From Meiothermus sp. (lineage in GTDB: Bacteria > Deinococcota > Deinococci > Deinococcales > Thermaceae): DNA of 64,000 nt. The translations under genes and the position numbers were made by a program. The stretch covers positions 32,001 to 96,000 of the forward strand of contig JANRLD010000115.1 in assembly GCA_033762915.1 (NCBI GenBank), read 5' to 3'. Positions 51,121 to 61,677 of the stretch are shown piece by piece. Numbering within the stretch: the first letter of the stretch is position 1; the number at the start of each line of letters is the position of its first letter. Below the pieces are notes generated by a model that saw only the letters and a program-made list of their open reading frames with translations, had not been told where the DNA came from and ran no database searches.

Positions 51121-53469
51121 ATGTCATTAAGACGAACTCCGTTACTTCTCGCCTCGGCCCTGCTGCTACTGGCGGCTTGCGGGCCGACCGGGACCAGCAC
51201 CGGCGAGCTCGAGGTCAAGCTGACCGCCACCGGTATTAGTCCAGCCCCCAGCGTCACCGTGACCGGACCCGGCGGCTTCTCGGACACCGTGAGCGGCGTC
51301 GGCAAGACCTTCCCCAGTGTCGCGCTGGGCACCTACACCGTCACCGCCGAGGACAAGGCCAGCTACAGCGTCACCATCAGCGACGACGGCAGCGCCGCCC
51401 TCAGCGCCCAGCAGGTCAGCGCCCAGGCCCAGACCAGGGACGTCGAGGTGGTGGCTGGGCAGCGCCGCACCGTGAGTGTGGTCTACTCGAGGTCGGCCAA
51501 CAGCTTGCAGGTCAACATCAACCTGCCTGCCGGCGTGACCATCCCCACGGGAACCACCCCGGTTCGCATCAGCGGCGGCACCCCATCCGTCAACCGCGAC
51601 CTCGCGGCCAGCCAACTGCTCACCGTTACCCTGGGCACCTACACCGCCACCGCCAGCAGCTTCACGGTGAGCGGCGTAACCTACAACGGAACCGTGACCG
51701 GCTCACCCGCCAACGTCACCGCCACCCAAACCACCACCCCCACCATCACCGTAACCTACTCTGCGGCTAGTGCAACCGTCTCGAGCAGCCTCTCCCCAGC
51801 ACTGGTAGCGGGCGAGTCCCTGACTCTGACCCTGCGCAACAGTGGCGGCACGGCTGTGGGCTCACCGGTTACGGTGAACGGCCCGGCCTCGAGCTACAGC
51901 TTCGCCAACGTACCTCCGGGCAGTTATACCGTCTCGGGTATCGGCTTCCGCGCCGGAACCTCGGTGGACACCGTACTGCAAGTGGCCTCCACCGCCGTGA
52001 CGGTACCTGGCACTGCGCCCGCCCTGAGCGTGGTGGCTCGAGGGCAGAGTGGTCGAATGATGTTGGCGGGCAACGGGGCGTTTGCGCCCGCAGACCTCAA
52101 CGCCTCATACAGCCTGACCGACGCCCAGCTGGTCACGGGCACTATCCCTGCGGGCACCAACTTCATTCCCGCCAGCGGGACCTCCACCGACAACATCTTC
52201 CGGGTAGCCTTCGACCGTGATGGCAACGCCTACGTGATCTACCAATTTGATGGGGCCGCGAACCGTGCCCGCATCGTCCGCATCGGCGAGGCCAATTTGC
52301 GCAGTGGCAACCTCACCCCCACCGCTGCCGGCAACATGACCATCGCCGAGTCGGCCATCGGCTCGAACAACAGCTCTGAGGTCGAGCCCGCTGACCTGGC
52401 CTTCGACGCCAGCGGCAACCTCTGGATCGCCAACGATCTGGGACGGGCCATCAGCTGCATCAGCGCCGCTGCCATGAGCACTGCCGCCGCCACCGGCGGG
52501 AGCGTGACCGCCGCCAACCAAGTCCTGACCCAGGCCGCAGGTCTGACCGGTGACCGGGCCAACACCTTCACGGCCATCCACACCCTGGCCTTCGACCGCA
52601 GCAACAACCTCTGGTTCGTATCTGACGGCTTTGTTGGTGGAACCAGCGGGGCAGGGGCGCGGCGGGCGCGGCTGTCTCGTGTTCCTGCTGCCGAGCTGAC
52701 CTGCACCGGCGGGACCGACCCCACCACCCCCGACATCCTGCTGGACTTCTCCAACGGCGCCGGCCCCGGCCTGCCGGTCATCAAGCCGGTGGCGATGGCC
52801 CTTGCACCCGACGGTAACTCCTTCTGGATCGCCGACTTCGGCGGCAGCTTCCAGAAGCGCACCTACACCCTGAGCACCACCGGAGGCGTGACCACCATCA
52901 CCGAGAACCCGGTCATCCGCAACTTCGACGCCGACCTCGCAGACGAGTCGGTGATCCGCGTCCGCATTGACAACGCGACCCCCTCGGCCACCCTGCAAAC
53001 CGTCACCATGGCGGATCGGATAACCACCGGGGGCATGCAGCAAGCTTTCGGCCTGGCCTTCGACAAGCAGAACCGCCTCTGGGTGGCCACCAACGGCAAC
53101 GTGGAGTTCAACACCGCCGCCGCCAGCGACATCGCCACCGGGGGCTCGACCCGCGTCCTGACCTTTAGCCCCAGCTTCAGCCTCACCATCAACACCGGCG
53201 GTAGCTGCACCCCGGCCAACGTGCCGCCCACTGGCACCACCACTGTGACCGAGACCGTGACCAGTTGCTTGCCCGCAGGTATCTCGACCACCAACCGGGG
53301 GCGGGCCTACGCCTTTGATGTCTCCGGCGCTCCCAGCCTTACCGCTGGCATTCCGCGCACCCTCACCCCTGCCGTCACCCTGACGGCCCCGGTGGACGGG
53401 GTGGGTTTCGTGGGAATAGCTTTCAACGCCCCGCCCGCCAACACTCCGGTGAACATCCGACCCCAGTAA
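51121..53469 (+). CDS. Lipoprotein 3 of array: Ig-like repeats plus beta-propeller
   Basis: LLAAC lipobox; three G.YT[VA] repeats; AFD..[GN]NLW blades; RBS GGAGG. Confidence 0.85.
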   Translation: MSLRRTPLLLASALLLLAACGPTGTSTGELEVKLTATGISPAPSVTVTGPGGFSDTVSGVGKTFPSVALGTYTVTAEDKASYSVTISDDGSAALSAQQVSAQAQTRDVEVVAGQRRTVSVVYSRSANSLQVNINLPAGVTIPTGTTPVRISGGTPSVNRDLAASQLLTVTLGTYTATASSFTVSGVTYNGTVTGSPANVTATQTTTPTITVTYSAASATVSSSLSPALVAGESLTLTLRNSGGTAVGSPVTVNGPASSYSFANVPPGSYTVSGIGFRAGTSVDTVLQVASTAVTVPGTAPALSVVARGQSGRMMLAGNGAFAPADLNASYSLTDAQLVTGTIPAGTNFIPASGTSTDNIFRVAFDRDGNAYVIYQFDGAANRARIVRIGEANLRSGNLTPTAAGNMTIAESAIGSNNSSEVEPADLAFDASGNLWIANDLGRAISCISAAAMSTAAATGGSVTAANQVLTQAAGLTGDRANTFTAIHTLAFDRSNNLWFVSDGFVGGTSGAGARRARLSRVPAAELTCTGGTDPTTPDILLDFSNGAGPGLPVIKPVAMALAPDGNSFWIADFGGSFQKRTYTLSTTGGVTTITENPVIRNFDADLADESVIRVRIDNATPSATLQTVTMADRITTGGMQQAFGLAFDKQNRLWVATNGNVEFNTAAASDIATGGSTRVLTFSPSFSLTINTGGSCTPANVPPTGTTTVTETVTSCLPAGISTTNRGRAYAFDVSGAPSLTAGIPRTLTPAVTLTAPVDGVGFVGIAFNAPPANTPVNIRPQ

Positions 53470-53485
53470 GCAAATTCTGATCCTT

Positions 53486-53513
53486 TGGCCCCCCGAAACC
53501 GGGGGGCTCTTTT
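53486..53513 (+). terminator. Terminator after lipoprotein 3
   Basis: GCCCCCCG-AAAC-CGGGGGGC followed by TCTTTT. Confidence 0.6.
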
Positions 53514-53691
53514 ACTCGAGCCCGCTACAAAACCTGTTACCTCAAGGTTGTGCACCTCGAGGCCGTAACCTGGGGTTGTTACGAGCGGGCAGATTCCTTC
53601 TCAGGGACATTGTATCCTCGCGTAACGCTGCCCAAGCCGTGATTCCCTACGCTGAGGCCGAGGCAGACTCAGCCCGCTGGAGGGACGACCG

Positions 53692-56149
53692 ATGCGAATG
53701 AATGAAATTGGGATGACGGCACTGGCGGGCCTACTGCTGCTCACAGCCTGCGGGGGGGGGCGAGTCCAGACCGGTCGTGAGCACCGGAACCCTGGGACTG
53801 ACCCTCGAGATCTCCCCCCCAGTGCCCGGCTTCAACCCCAGCGTGGAGGTGCGCCGGGGCGGCAGCCTGATACGCACTGTCACCAATCTGGGGCGTACCG
53901 AGCTGGCCAGGCTCGAGGCCGGGACCTATACCATCAGCGCGGGCAGCCTACCCACCAACTACAAGGCCGCCCTCACCGTGGGCACCGACAACGTGACCAA
54001 CGCTCAGGTGGAGGTCAAGGCCGGGCAGACCCTCGAGGCCCGACTCTCCTTCGCGCAGGGCTTCGGCAGCCTGCGGGTAAGCGTCACCCCACCCGCCGGG
54101 GTGAGCGGCTTCACCCCGACGGTGCGGGTCAGGAACAGCACCGGGGCCACCGTGGCGACCCTGACCCAGACCGACACCATAGACAACCTCCCGCTGGGCA
54201 CCTACACCGTCGAGACCCCCAACGTGAGCGCGATGGGGGTACCTTGGGCGGCCAGCACCAGCGGCTCGCCGGCCAACGTCACCCTCTCCACGGTGCCCGA
54301 GATCGGGGTGAGCTACGCGGCCACCCGCTCCGCGATTACCGTGAACCTGACCGGCCTGGGGGCCACCGACCCCGCCAGCGTGACCCTCAGCCGCTCCGAC
54401 GGTACCGGGACCCCCGCCACCCAGAACCGAACCGGCAACGGGCCGGTAGTCTTCGGCGACCTGCCCTTTGGGGGCTACCTGGTGCGGGCCAGCAGCAACC
54501 GGGCCGGAACCTACATCGACTCAACGGTGGGGTTCGTTTCCTCCTCGCCCACCGTCACCGCCAGCACCGATCTCTCTACCGTCTTCCGCACCCTCGAGGC
54601 CCCCATGACCGCCCGCCCCCAGACCGGGCGGCTGTTCGTGGCGGGCAACGGCTCGATGAGCAACACCGGCTGGACGGTTGGACGTTTGAACACCCGGCCC
54701 TCCACCGCCACCCCGCCCGCCGCGACCCCCGAGCCCAACCCCTGCCTCACCACCGGCGGGGTGGGAACCTGCCCAGTAGTGGGCACCGACACCTCAATCG
54801 ACTCCGGCTTCTCCCTGGCCGACGGAGAGGTCCCAGGCTCCTCGAGCAACCTCCCCGCCTCATCGAGCCTCACCGACGCGGGCGAACTGAGCCCGGCAGG
54901 CCTCTACCGCATCGAGTTCGACCCCTCGGGCAACCTCTACGCGATCTATCAGTTCGCGCTGGCCTACTCCAGCACCCTTCCCCCGACCGTGCTGCCGCCG
55001 CCCCCGCTCTCTGGCAACCGCATCGTGCGGGTAACCCGGCAGAACCTCGAGGCCAGCCCGCCGGTCCTGACCGAGGGCGGCTCCAACCGGGTGATGTTCA
55101 ACGATTCCATCGGCAACGGGGCGCGCGGCTCCAACGTCACCGACATCGCCTTCGACGCGCAGGGCAATCTCTGGATGGCCAACCAGGCCGGCGACGCCAT
55201 AAGCTGCGTCTCCGCCTCACAGCTCAACGCCGCGGGGGCCTTCGGCTTGCCCGACAAGGTGATCGTGGGCAGCACCGCCGTGACCCCCTACCACCTGCAA
55301 AACCCACGGGCCATCGCGTTCGACGCCCAGGGCGACCTCTGGGTCGCCGGGGGTCGCCACGCGCCGCAGCTCACCAGCGCGGGCACCAACCTCGAGCCCT
55401 ACCTGGCCCGCATCTCCGACGACGCAACCCTGGCCTGCTCCGGCGGGCAGGTCACGGTCGCCCCGGACATCTACCTCAACATCAGCCTGACCACCAGTAC
55501 CAGCGGGGCCTTCTTCCAGCCCTGGGGGATGGCGATCCAGACCGCCGGGGGCCAGCAAGCGCTGTGGATCACCGACTACGGCGGCGGGGTGGACGTCTAC
55601 AACAGCACCACCATCCCCGCCTCGAGCCCCACCCGCTGGGTGCAGTGCCCCGGCGACGGACGCACGGCCCAGAGCAACGACGGCAGCATGGACGGCAACA
55701 TTACCCGAGAGAGCGTGATCAAGGTGCCGCTGAGCGGTGCCAACCTGACCGTCAGCTCAGCACTGCGCACGGCCGTGGTGACCAGCCGCCTGACCGTGGG
55801 GGCCGCCGACGACCCTACCACCACGAGCACGGACCGCGACCGGGGCCTGCAACAGGCCACCCACCTGGCCTTCGACAGCCGAGGCAACCTCTGGGTGGCC
55901 GCCAACAACCACACCGAGTTCGACCCGGCCAACCCCTGCTTCTCCACCTCAGGCTTTGATGTGCTGAATTTCGGCGCGGGGCCGCTTTCGAGGCTGCGCA
56001 CCGACCGCCGGGGCAAGCTCTACGTGATCGGGGCAGGTGAGCTGGGCGACCGGGGCTCCACCGCCCTCACCCACACCCCCATCACCCCCCTCCTGACCCT
56101 CAGCTCCCCGACCGCTGGCGTCGGGTTCAGCGGCATCGCCTTCCGCTAA
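53692..56149 (+). pseudogene. Lipoprotein 4 of array, frameshifted at the G9 tract 53752-53760 (possibly phase variable)
   Basis: Signal MRMNEIGMTALAGLLLLTAC is in one frame and the intact 790-aa body (53777-56149) is in the +1 frame; G8 or G11 would join them. Confidence 0.8.
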
Positions 56150-56352
56150 GCTCCGCCGCCCCACAGCCCTGCCTCCACGCAGTGGGGGTAGGGTTTTCTC
56201 ATTACACTGTGCGTTACCGCGCCTCTAGGCCCGCGGCGGCGTTACGAGCAGAGGTTACGCCGTGGTATAAAAGCCTGTTTGCGGCGGCAATATCGGCATA
56301 ACGAGGCTGCGCTGCCGGGCTGTTACCCTGTGCATAGCCGGAGGTTGATTGC

Positions 56353-58596
56353 GTGTCGAATCCCCACAAACGTTCCCTCGCTACTATTGCGCTGCTGGCC
56401 CTGCTGGCGGCTTGTGGCAACCCTACCCCTGCCCCTGGAACCCTCGAGGTCATCCTTAACCTGAGCCAGGCCCCTGGCATAACCCCTGATGTACTGCTCA
56501 AAGGCCCCGACGGTAGCGAGAAGGTCATTACCGCCAGCCTTACCGATCCCCAGGCCAAGACGGGCGATTACAGCCTGGTGGTCAAAGATGTGACTGTGGG
56601 CGGCTACCTCAGCAAGGTTAGCGCCAGCGAGACCAGCTTCAAGCTCGAGCCGGGCGGCTCCAAGTCGGTTGATGTGAGCTACCAGACCTGGGGCAAGGCC
56701 AACCTGACCCTCGAGATGATCCCCACCCCTCCCAGCTTTAGCCCCACCCTAACCCTGACCAGGGGCGGGGTCAGCAAGAACCTGACCGCCTCCGGCGCGG
56801 TTGATCTCGAGCCGGGCACCTACGCCGTCACCGCCAGCGACGCGCCCGCCAACTACACCCGCACCCTCTCTACCACCTCGCTGGTTGTCACTGCTGGTCA
56901 GACCGCCAACCTGACCCTGCGCTTCGAGCGCAACAGCGGGATTGCCCTGGGTGCCACGGGTCTGCCCAATGGCGCGACCGTCTACGCCACCCCCACGGGT
57001 GGTGGAACCCCCATCACCGCGACCTACAACGGGGGAAACCTCAACCTCGTGGTTAGCACCCCCGGCACTTACAACTTAAGCGCAATCGTTTCGGGACAGA
57101 TTGTGGATAGCTTGTATGTGGTGGACTCCGGCAACCCTGTAACCGTGGTCGCCAACCAGCAAACCACCGCCAACCTGACCTTCCGCCAGCGGGCCGGGAC
57201 GGGCCGGATTTGGGTGGCGGGCAACGGTGGCTTTAGCAACGGCGGGCGCGGCTCTAATACTCTTCCAGAGCGCAACGCGGCTTACTCCATTGCCGACGGC
57301 AGCACCACTATGTCCCCCTTCATCAGCCCTAGCGCGGATCAGTCTGTCTGGCGCATCGCCTTTGACCGTGAAGGCAACATGTATGTGATGTACCAAGCTG
57401 GTAGCACCCTTAGCAACTCGGTGGTGCGGATCAGTGAGGCAAACCTGCGCCAGTTTGAGGCCAGCGGCGACCGCAGTTTCCTCAGTCCAACTCGGGTGGG
57501 GAACGCTCGGGTCTCGCAGGATGCATTTTGGTTGCCTAATGGCAGCCTATCCGGCGAGACTTTCGATGACCCGCCGCCGCCCACGTTCCGCATCGAGCCT
57601 GCCGATATGGCCTTCGACAACGCGGGCAACCTCTGGATCGTCAATGACTTCCAAGGCTCTATTGCCTGCGTCACGCGCTCACGGCTTGATACTGCCGCCG
57701 CGTCAGGCGGGGTGGTAGGACAGTTCGACCAGCTATTCGTAGGCGCGGGTACTAACGGCTACACCCCTGGCGGCGAGTTGCGTAACAGTGGCAGCCTCTT
57801 CCGGCCCTTCATGATTCCGCACAACGTCCAGTTCGACTTATCAGGCAATCTCTGGTTCACTTCGGGCGGCTACGGCGGCGATTCCTCGGGCAAGCGGGCG
57901 CTCCTAAGCCGGATCAACGCTAGTCGGGCCACCTGCGCGGGCGGGATCATCAACCTGAACGGTTCCGCCAACCAAGGGGTAGATATTAGCCTCGACATCA
58001 GCCTCGCGGACACCACCACGGCGGGTGAGTCAGGCGCCATCTATAAGCCGGTTGCGCTGGCGCTTGAGCCGGGCGGACAAGCTTTGTGGGTGGGGGACTA
58101 CGGTGGGGCCACCTTCAGAGGCGACCTCAGCGGCGGAGAGCGTGATGCTGATGCCCGCCCAGACAGTGCCTTCCGCGTCCCGCTGTCAGGCAGTAATGTC
58201 CTTCCGAACAACGTGAACAATGGCCTAAATGTTGCCCAGGTCAGCCATCGCGTTGTTGTACGCGACTGGGACGGCGGCGGCATCAACAAGGGCTCCCAGC
58301 AGGTATTCGGTTTAGCCTTCGACAGTCGAGGCTACCTTTGGATGGCGAGCAACAATAATGTCGAGGTGATGACTGGTGACAACCTCCCGCTTGCGCTGAC
58401 CGACCGGCTCGGCAAGCTCCTGCGAGTGCGGATATTCGAAGCCAACGGCAGCCTTAGAGCCGACCTAGCTGGGCGCAGTGGTGGCACAGCGGACGCAGAT
58501 CAGGTGATTAGCGTGCCGGGGGGAGATTTGGGCGTTGGGCTAATTGGAGTCGCTTTTAACACTCCCAACCCCTCGAGCCCAGCTTTTCTACGATAG
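56353..58596 (+). CDS. Lipoprotein 5 of array: Ig-like repeats plus beta-propeller
   Basis: LLAAC lipobox; PGTY repeats; same propeller motifs as the paralogs; RBS GGAGG. Confidence 0.85.
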   Translation: MSNPHKRSLATIALLALLAACGNPTPAPGTLEVILNLSQAPGITPDVLLKGPDGSEKVITASLTDPQAKTGDYSLVVKDVTVGGYLSKVSASETSFKLEPGGSKSVDVSYQTWGKANLTLEMIPTPPSFSPTLTLTRGGVSKNLTASGAVDLEPGTYAVTASDAPANYTRTLSTTSLVVTAGQTANLTLRFERNSGIALGATGLPNGATVYATPTGGGTPITATYNGGNLNLVVSTPGTYNLSAIVSGQIVDSLYVVDSGNPVTVVANQQTTANLTFRQRAGTGRIWVAGNGGFSNGGRGSNTLPERNAAYSIADGSTTMSPFISPSADQSVWRIAFDREGNMYVMYQAGSTLSNSVVRISEANLRQFEASGDRSFLSPTRVGNARVSQDAFWLPNGSLSGETFDDPPPPTFRIEPADMAFDNAGNLWIVNDFQGSIACVTRSRLDTAAASGGVVGQFDQLFVGAGTNGYTPGGELRNSGSLFRPFMIPHNVQFDLSGNLWFTSGGYGGDSSGKRALLSRINASRATCAGGIINLNGSANQGVDISLDISLADTTTAGESGAIYKPVALALEPGGQALWVGDYGGATFRGDLSGGERDADARPDSAFRVPLSGSNVLPNNVNNGLNVAQVSHRVVVRDWDGGGINKGSQQVFGLAFDSRGYLWMASNNNVEVMTGDNLPLALTDRLGKLLRVRIFEANGSLRADLAGRSGGTADADQVISVPGGDLGVGLIGVAFNTPNPSSPAFLR

Positions 58597-58662
58597 TCAC
58601 TTAGACCCTTGACCCCCCGGCCTCCCTCTCGTTTTCGATACATAGGACCGGGGGTGAGAGAA

Positions 58663-61056
58663 TCAAAGCTTTTGCCCGCCCAGTTTTTCCCTGGCCAGCG
58701 CCTCGAGCACCTGCGGGTTGGCCTGGCCCTTGGTCTCGCGCATCACCTGGCCCACGAAAAAGCCCAGCAGCCCGGTGCGCCCCAGCCGATAGGCTTCGAC
58801 CTTGTCGGGGTTGGCGGCCATCACGCCGTCCAGGAGGGCCTCGAGCTGCCCCGCGTCGCTGACCTGCCGCAGACCCTTACTGCGGACAATCTCGCCGGGC
58901 TGCTGCCCCGTCTGCTGGGCTTCGGCCAGCACTTCTTTGGCGATGCCGCGGCTGATCTCGCCCGACTGGACCAGCCTGAGCAGTTCGACCAGCTCGACAG
59001 CGGAGACCCTATTGCTCTCCTCACGCAACGCCGTACCCAAATCGTTCACCACCCAGCCCGCCGCCTCGGAGGCCGATAGCCCGGCCCCAACCGTCTGCTC
59101 GAGGTAATCCCCCAGCCTGGACTCTCGAGCCAGCACCGCCGCCTCAGCCTCGCCCACGCCCTTGGCCCGAAGCTGTTGGAAACGAGCCTGTTCTTCGGCG
59201 TCGAGGCTTGTGGGCTGCGGCCTATGGCCCGGGGCTTTTTCCGTCCCCTGTTCCCTGCGGCCCGCCGCCTTACTTCCTTCCTCCCTCTTCCCTCTTCCCT
59301 CTCTCCTCTCACCCTCTCCCCAGGAGTCCTTCAGCCCGATAATCCGGTTGAAGACCAGCGCACCGGGGCTCGAGTCGGCGTCCTGCCAGAAGTAGCCGCT
59401 GCGCTCGAACTGGTAGCGGGTGCCGTGGGGGTCTTGGGCCACGCTGGCCTCCACAAAACCGTGCACGATCTCAAGGCTTTTAGGGTTCACGAAGTCCATG
59501 AAGTCGTGCTCCTCGCCCTCCTCCTCGTCCTCAACTTCTTTGGCCTCGAGTTCGGGGTTGGGGACGGTGAAGAGTCGGTCGTAGAGGCGGAACTCGGCGG
59601 GGCGGTTGTGGGCCGCACTGACCCAGTGGATCACGCCCTTGGCCTTGGCCTCCTCACCCAGCAGGGTGCAGCGGAGTTCGACCACCTGCCCCGCGTCGTC
59701 GGTGGAGAAGCTGTCGCAGCGGATGATGCCCGCACTGCGCAGGCGCACCGTGCCGCCGGGGGTCAGGCGCTTGAAGCCGGGCGGGGGCTCGAGGGCGAAG
59801 TCTTCCTGCTCGATGAACAGCTCTTTGCTCAAGGGCACCTTGCGGGTGGCCTGCTCGGGCCTAACCCGCTCGCCGCCGGGCAGGGCCACCAGGCCGTCGG
59901 GCGAGTCCTTGACCACGTCGGGGGGCCAGTAGGGCAGCTCGAGTTCGCGCTCGGCCTCAAGGTTGACGAGCACCACCTTGAGCGGCCTCAGCACCGCCAT
60001 CACGCGGGGGGCGCGATGGTTGAGGTCGTCGCGGATAGCCCCCTCCAGGAGGGCGATATCGACGGTGCGATTGGTGCGCGAGACGCCAATCTGGCTGGCG
60101 AAACGGCGGATGGCCTCGGGGGTTACGCCGCGCCGACGCTGACCCGCCAGGGTGGGCATCCGGGGATCGTCCCAGCCGCTGACCTTGCCCTCGGCCACCA
60201 GGCGGCGCAGCTTGCGCTTGGAGACCACGGTGTACTCGAGGCTCCTGCGCCCGAACTCGTACTGGTGGGGGCGCGGACCCTCCCAGAGGTGTTCCATCAG
60301 CCAGTCGTAGATGGCCCGGTTATCCACGAACTCGAGGCTGCACAGGCTGTGGGTCACGCCGTCGAGGGCGTCGGTGGTGGCCTGGGCGAAGTCGTAGGAA
60401 GGGTAGACGCACCACTGGCTGCCCGTGCGGTAGTGCTCGGCGTGGACGATGCGGTAAAGCACCGGGTCGCGTAGCTTCATGTTGGGGCTGGACAGATCGA
60501 TCTTGGCCCGCAACACGTGCTCGCCGTTTTTAAACTCGCCGCTCTTCATGCGCTCGAACAGCTCGAGGTTCTCCGGCACGCTGCGCTCGCGGTAGGGGCT
60601 GGGGGTGCCGGGCCGGTCCACCGTGCCGCGCAGCCGGGCCATCTCCTCCGGCGGTACCGAGTCCACGTAGGCCAGCCCTTTCTCGATCAGGCGAACCGCA
60701 TAAGCGTAAAGCTGAAGGAAGTAGTCCGAGGCGTAGCTGGTGTCCTCTTGGGCCTGGGGGTTCGGGTTGGTCCAGCGCCAGCCCAACCAGCGCATGTCCT
60801 CGATCAGGGCGTTGGCGAACTCGAGCTTCTCGGCCTCGGGGTTGGTGTCATCCATCCGTAGCCGGAACTCGCCGCCATAGTCCTGCGAAAGCCCGAAGTT
60901 GAGGTAGGAGGCGAAGGTGTGGCCCAGGTGGGCGTAGCCGTTGGGCTCGGGCGGAAAGCGGGTCACCACCTTGGGGTAGCGGCCCGCCTCGAGGTCACGC
61001 TCGATAATCTCGGTGATGAAGTTGGGGGCGACGTACTTGGGCTTCTCGTGGCTCAT
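58663..61056 (-). CDS. glnS: Glutamine--tRNA ligase with C-terminal YqeY domain
   Basis: [53 protein letters not shown]-terminal [14 protein letters not shown]. Confidence 0.95.
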   Translation of the reverse strand: MSHEKPKYVAPNFITEIIERDLEAGRYPKVVTRFPPEPNGYAHLGHTFASYLNFGLSQDYGGEFRLRMDDTNPEAEKLEFANALIEDMRWLGWRWTNPNPQAQEDTSYASDYFLQLYAYAVRLIEKGLAYVDSVPPEEMARLRGTVDRPGTPSPYRERSVPENLELFERMKSGEFKNGEHVLRAKIDLSSPNMKLRDPVLYRIVHAEHYRTGSQWCVYPSYDFAQATTDALDGVTHSLCSLEFVDNRAIYDWLMEHLWEGPRPHQYEFGRRSLEYTVVSKRKLRRLVAEGKVSGWDDPRMPTLAGQRRRGVTPEAIRRFASQIGVSRTNRTVDIALLEGAIRDDLNHRAPRVMAVLRPLKVVLVNLEAERELELPYWPPDVVKDSPDGLVALPGGERVRPEQATRKVPLSKELFIEQEDFALEPPPGFKRLTPGGTVRLRSAGIIRCDSFSTDDAGQVVELRCTLLGEEAKAKGVIHWVSAAHNRPAEFRLYDRLFTVPNPELEAKEVEDEEEGEEHDFMDFVNPKSLEIVHGFVEASVAQDPHGTRYQFERSGYFWQDADSSPGALVFNRIIGLKDSWGEGERREGRGKREEGSKAAGRREQGTEKAPGHRPQPTSLDAEEQARFQQLRAKGVGEAEAAVLARESRLGDYLEQTVGAGLSASEAAGWVVNDLGTALREESNRVSAVELVELLRLVQSGEISRGIAKEVLAEAQQTGQQPGEIVRSKGLRQVSDAGQLEALLDGVMAANPDKVEAYRLGRTGLLGFFVGQVMRETKGQANPQVLEALAREKLGGQKL

Positions 61057-61409
61057 AACTCGCTCGGCGTGCCGTAGGCGGCAGTCCCGACCTCAAGAAT
61101 ACACTGGCAGGTGGGAAAAATTGAGGGATGGGTGTCGGGGAAAGGCGCCCCCCAGAGGTTGCGGGGCCGTTGGTGGCCCAGTGACTTTGTCTATTGGCTT
61201 GTGGCCCCTGCGCGCACTTGTCATGCCTAAGGTTGCCGACTCCGAGACTACAGTTTGCGGCGATGTGAAGTCCTCTGGACGGGGAAGGGTAGGACGAAGG
61301 CGCAAGCACCTGATCGTCCGGCAGAGGAAAAAGCGGATTACAAGGGCATTCGCTTGCGGCTCACACCCCCCACTCTAGCTCTCCCCCGCAAGGAGAGAGA
61401 CGACTGAGA

Positions 61410-61497
61410 GCGGTGCGCACGCATACTCCCTACAGCAAAAATCGCTGTAGGGAGTACATTACCTGCCGCCGCGAGGGAGACGACTGGTGGGAAACGC
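61410..61497 (-). repeat. Three-stem palindromic repeat, copy D
   Basis: Reverse complement closely matches copy A (GCGGCGGCAGGTAATGTACTCCCTACA..GCTGTAGGGAGTAT). Confidence 0.75.
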
Positions 61498-61677
61498 CAT
61501 AGGGTTGCAGATGGTTTGCTTGTGGGTAGGCTGCCATATCGGGGGGCACGGTGCGAAGCTGGGAAATGTACAAGACCGGTGTGCGGGTGGCTTTATCGGG
61601 GGCGCTTTAGACTCCCCCGGGTTGATTTGTGACTTCCTCACCGCCCCGGCTTTCCCGTCAGGAGAATACTTCGTCAT

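Noticed and set aside
53761..55959. 755-aa ORF 53692..55959 as a real protein
   Set aside because: Beyond the signal peptide it is an Arg/Pro/His-rich off-frame reading of the lipoprotein body
46551..58596. Diversity-generating retroelement or invertase shufflon driving lipoprotein variation
   Set aside because: No reverse transcriptase, recombinase or near-identical TR/VR pair seen in the window
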